Virus record (IMG/VR): IMGVR_UViG_3300025941_000001
Coordinates: 1 to 64,000 of that record
DNA length: 64,000 nt
Source: a virus
Direction: 5' to 3' (one strand)
This document shows positions 63,413 through 64,000 of this stretch, piece after piece (within the stretch, counting starts at the first letter, position 1; every line of letters begins with the position of its first letter). Both the position numbers and the translations under genes were made by a program. Below the pieces are notes generated by a model, which had not been told where the DNA came from, searched no databases, and saw only the letters and a program-made list of their open reading frames with translations.

Positions 63413-63629
63413 GGTTTGCATCCACGGTTAGGAGGTGACGACACTTGACGCACGTGATCATGTCCGACTGCGTCGAGCAGAAAAATTGATTTCCGTTTCG
63501 CGCGATGAGATCGTAGCGCGTCGGACCGGCGGCCGAGACTACGGGATGATCGATGGTCCGGCCGCAGCGTGTTCGTACCGTTGGCACCTCGCCAGTCGGG
63601 ACTGGGTCGATGACCATGTGCACGATCAT
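63309..63629 (-). CDS. Hypothetical Zn-finger-like protein
   Basis: H...TRCG...ITCVKC. Confidence 0.5.
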   Translation of the reverse strand: MIVHMVIDPVPTGEVPTVRTRCGRTIDHPVVSAAGPTRYDLIARNGNQFFCSTQSDMITCVKCRHLLTVDANHVRPSRPASPQKRTVAHARAAAPRTARPHSRPRA

Positions 63630-63642
63630 GGCGCGCTTAGGT

Positions 63643-63927
63643 TTATTCGGGTGCGTTGTCACGATGACACTCCTGACATTCCCACTGAGCGCCGTCAGGC
63701 GTCGCGTTCTCGCGTTGGCGTTTCCACCAATTGCAAGTGACGCAACAGAAGACCATGCTGTCGAGCGCCTGCAAAAATCTTTGATCGTCCACGACAGCGG
63801 CGACGGTCTCGTCGTTGTCGGCGAGGTCCTCAAGGCTGTCGGTAGTGTATTCGAGCTTCTGCGCCGCCTTAGCCGCGAGCGCGATCACGTCGGACACGTC
63901 GAGCCTCCGATGTTCATGCACGTGCAC
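63643..63927 (-). CDS. Hypothetical Zn-ribbon protein
   Basis: CVTC.WW...CQEC. Confidence 0.6.
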   Translation of the reverse strand: MHVHEHRRLDVSDVIALAAKAAQKLEYTTDSLEDLADNDETVAAVVDDQRFLQALDSMVFCCVTCNWWKRQRENATPDGAQWECQECHRDNAPE

Positions 63928-64000
63928 TTGGGATAGCGACAGGGATCATTCGTGTTGCGCTCTCCGCACTTCGAGACGTTCGGCGGGATGACCCGGCCGT

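Larger units (their letters stand above)
1..64000. mobile_element. Tailed dsDNA bacteriophage genome segment (siphovirus-like; probable alphaproteobacterial host)
   Basis: Terminase, portal, scaffold, MCP, tail tube, chaperone, tape measure and endolysin genes in phage order; no sheath; no host housekeeping genes; CtrA-like boxes. Confidence 0.97.

Noticed and set aside
1-64000. Integrase/repressor lysogeny module or att site in the tRNA cluster
   Set aside because: No recombinase motifs or duplicated tRNA 3' end found in the window; lifestyle cannot be determined

Overview
The whole window is part of a GC-rich tailed (siphovirus-type) bacteriophage genome. Repeated CtrA-type TTAA-N7-TTAAC boxes and alphaproteobacterial-style sigma70 promoters suggest an alphaproteobacterial host. 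1-15.4 kb (+): early/middle genes, including an SNF2-like helicase, a Ycf46-like AAA ATPase operon, RtcB RNA ligase, six structurally odd tRNAs flanked by two candidate structured RNAs, a dATP/dGTP diphosphohydrolase, a PD-(D/E)XK nuclease, a metallophosphoesterase, a GNAT and an SprT-like protein. 15.5-56.6 kb (-): the late region, with terS/terL, portal, scaffold, MCP, head-tail and tail genes, two paralogous three-gene appendage modules, a GDP-fucose/glycosyltransferase cassette and a GH108 lysis cassette. 56.6-64 kb: small hypothetical genes around a divergent promoter pair. The most striking feature is an array of eight otherwise unrelated small late genes just upstream of the terminase (53050-56306). 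All begin with the same 10-aa leader, MKD(A/P)(L/K)GHGS(N/D), which is conserved in protein but not in codon sequence. It is a candidate capsid-targeting tag for a modular set of packaged cargo proteins. All functional calls come from reading motifs by eye; no database searches were run.
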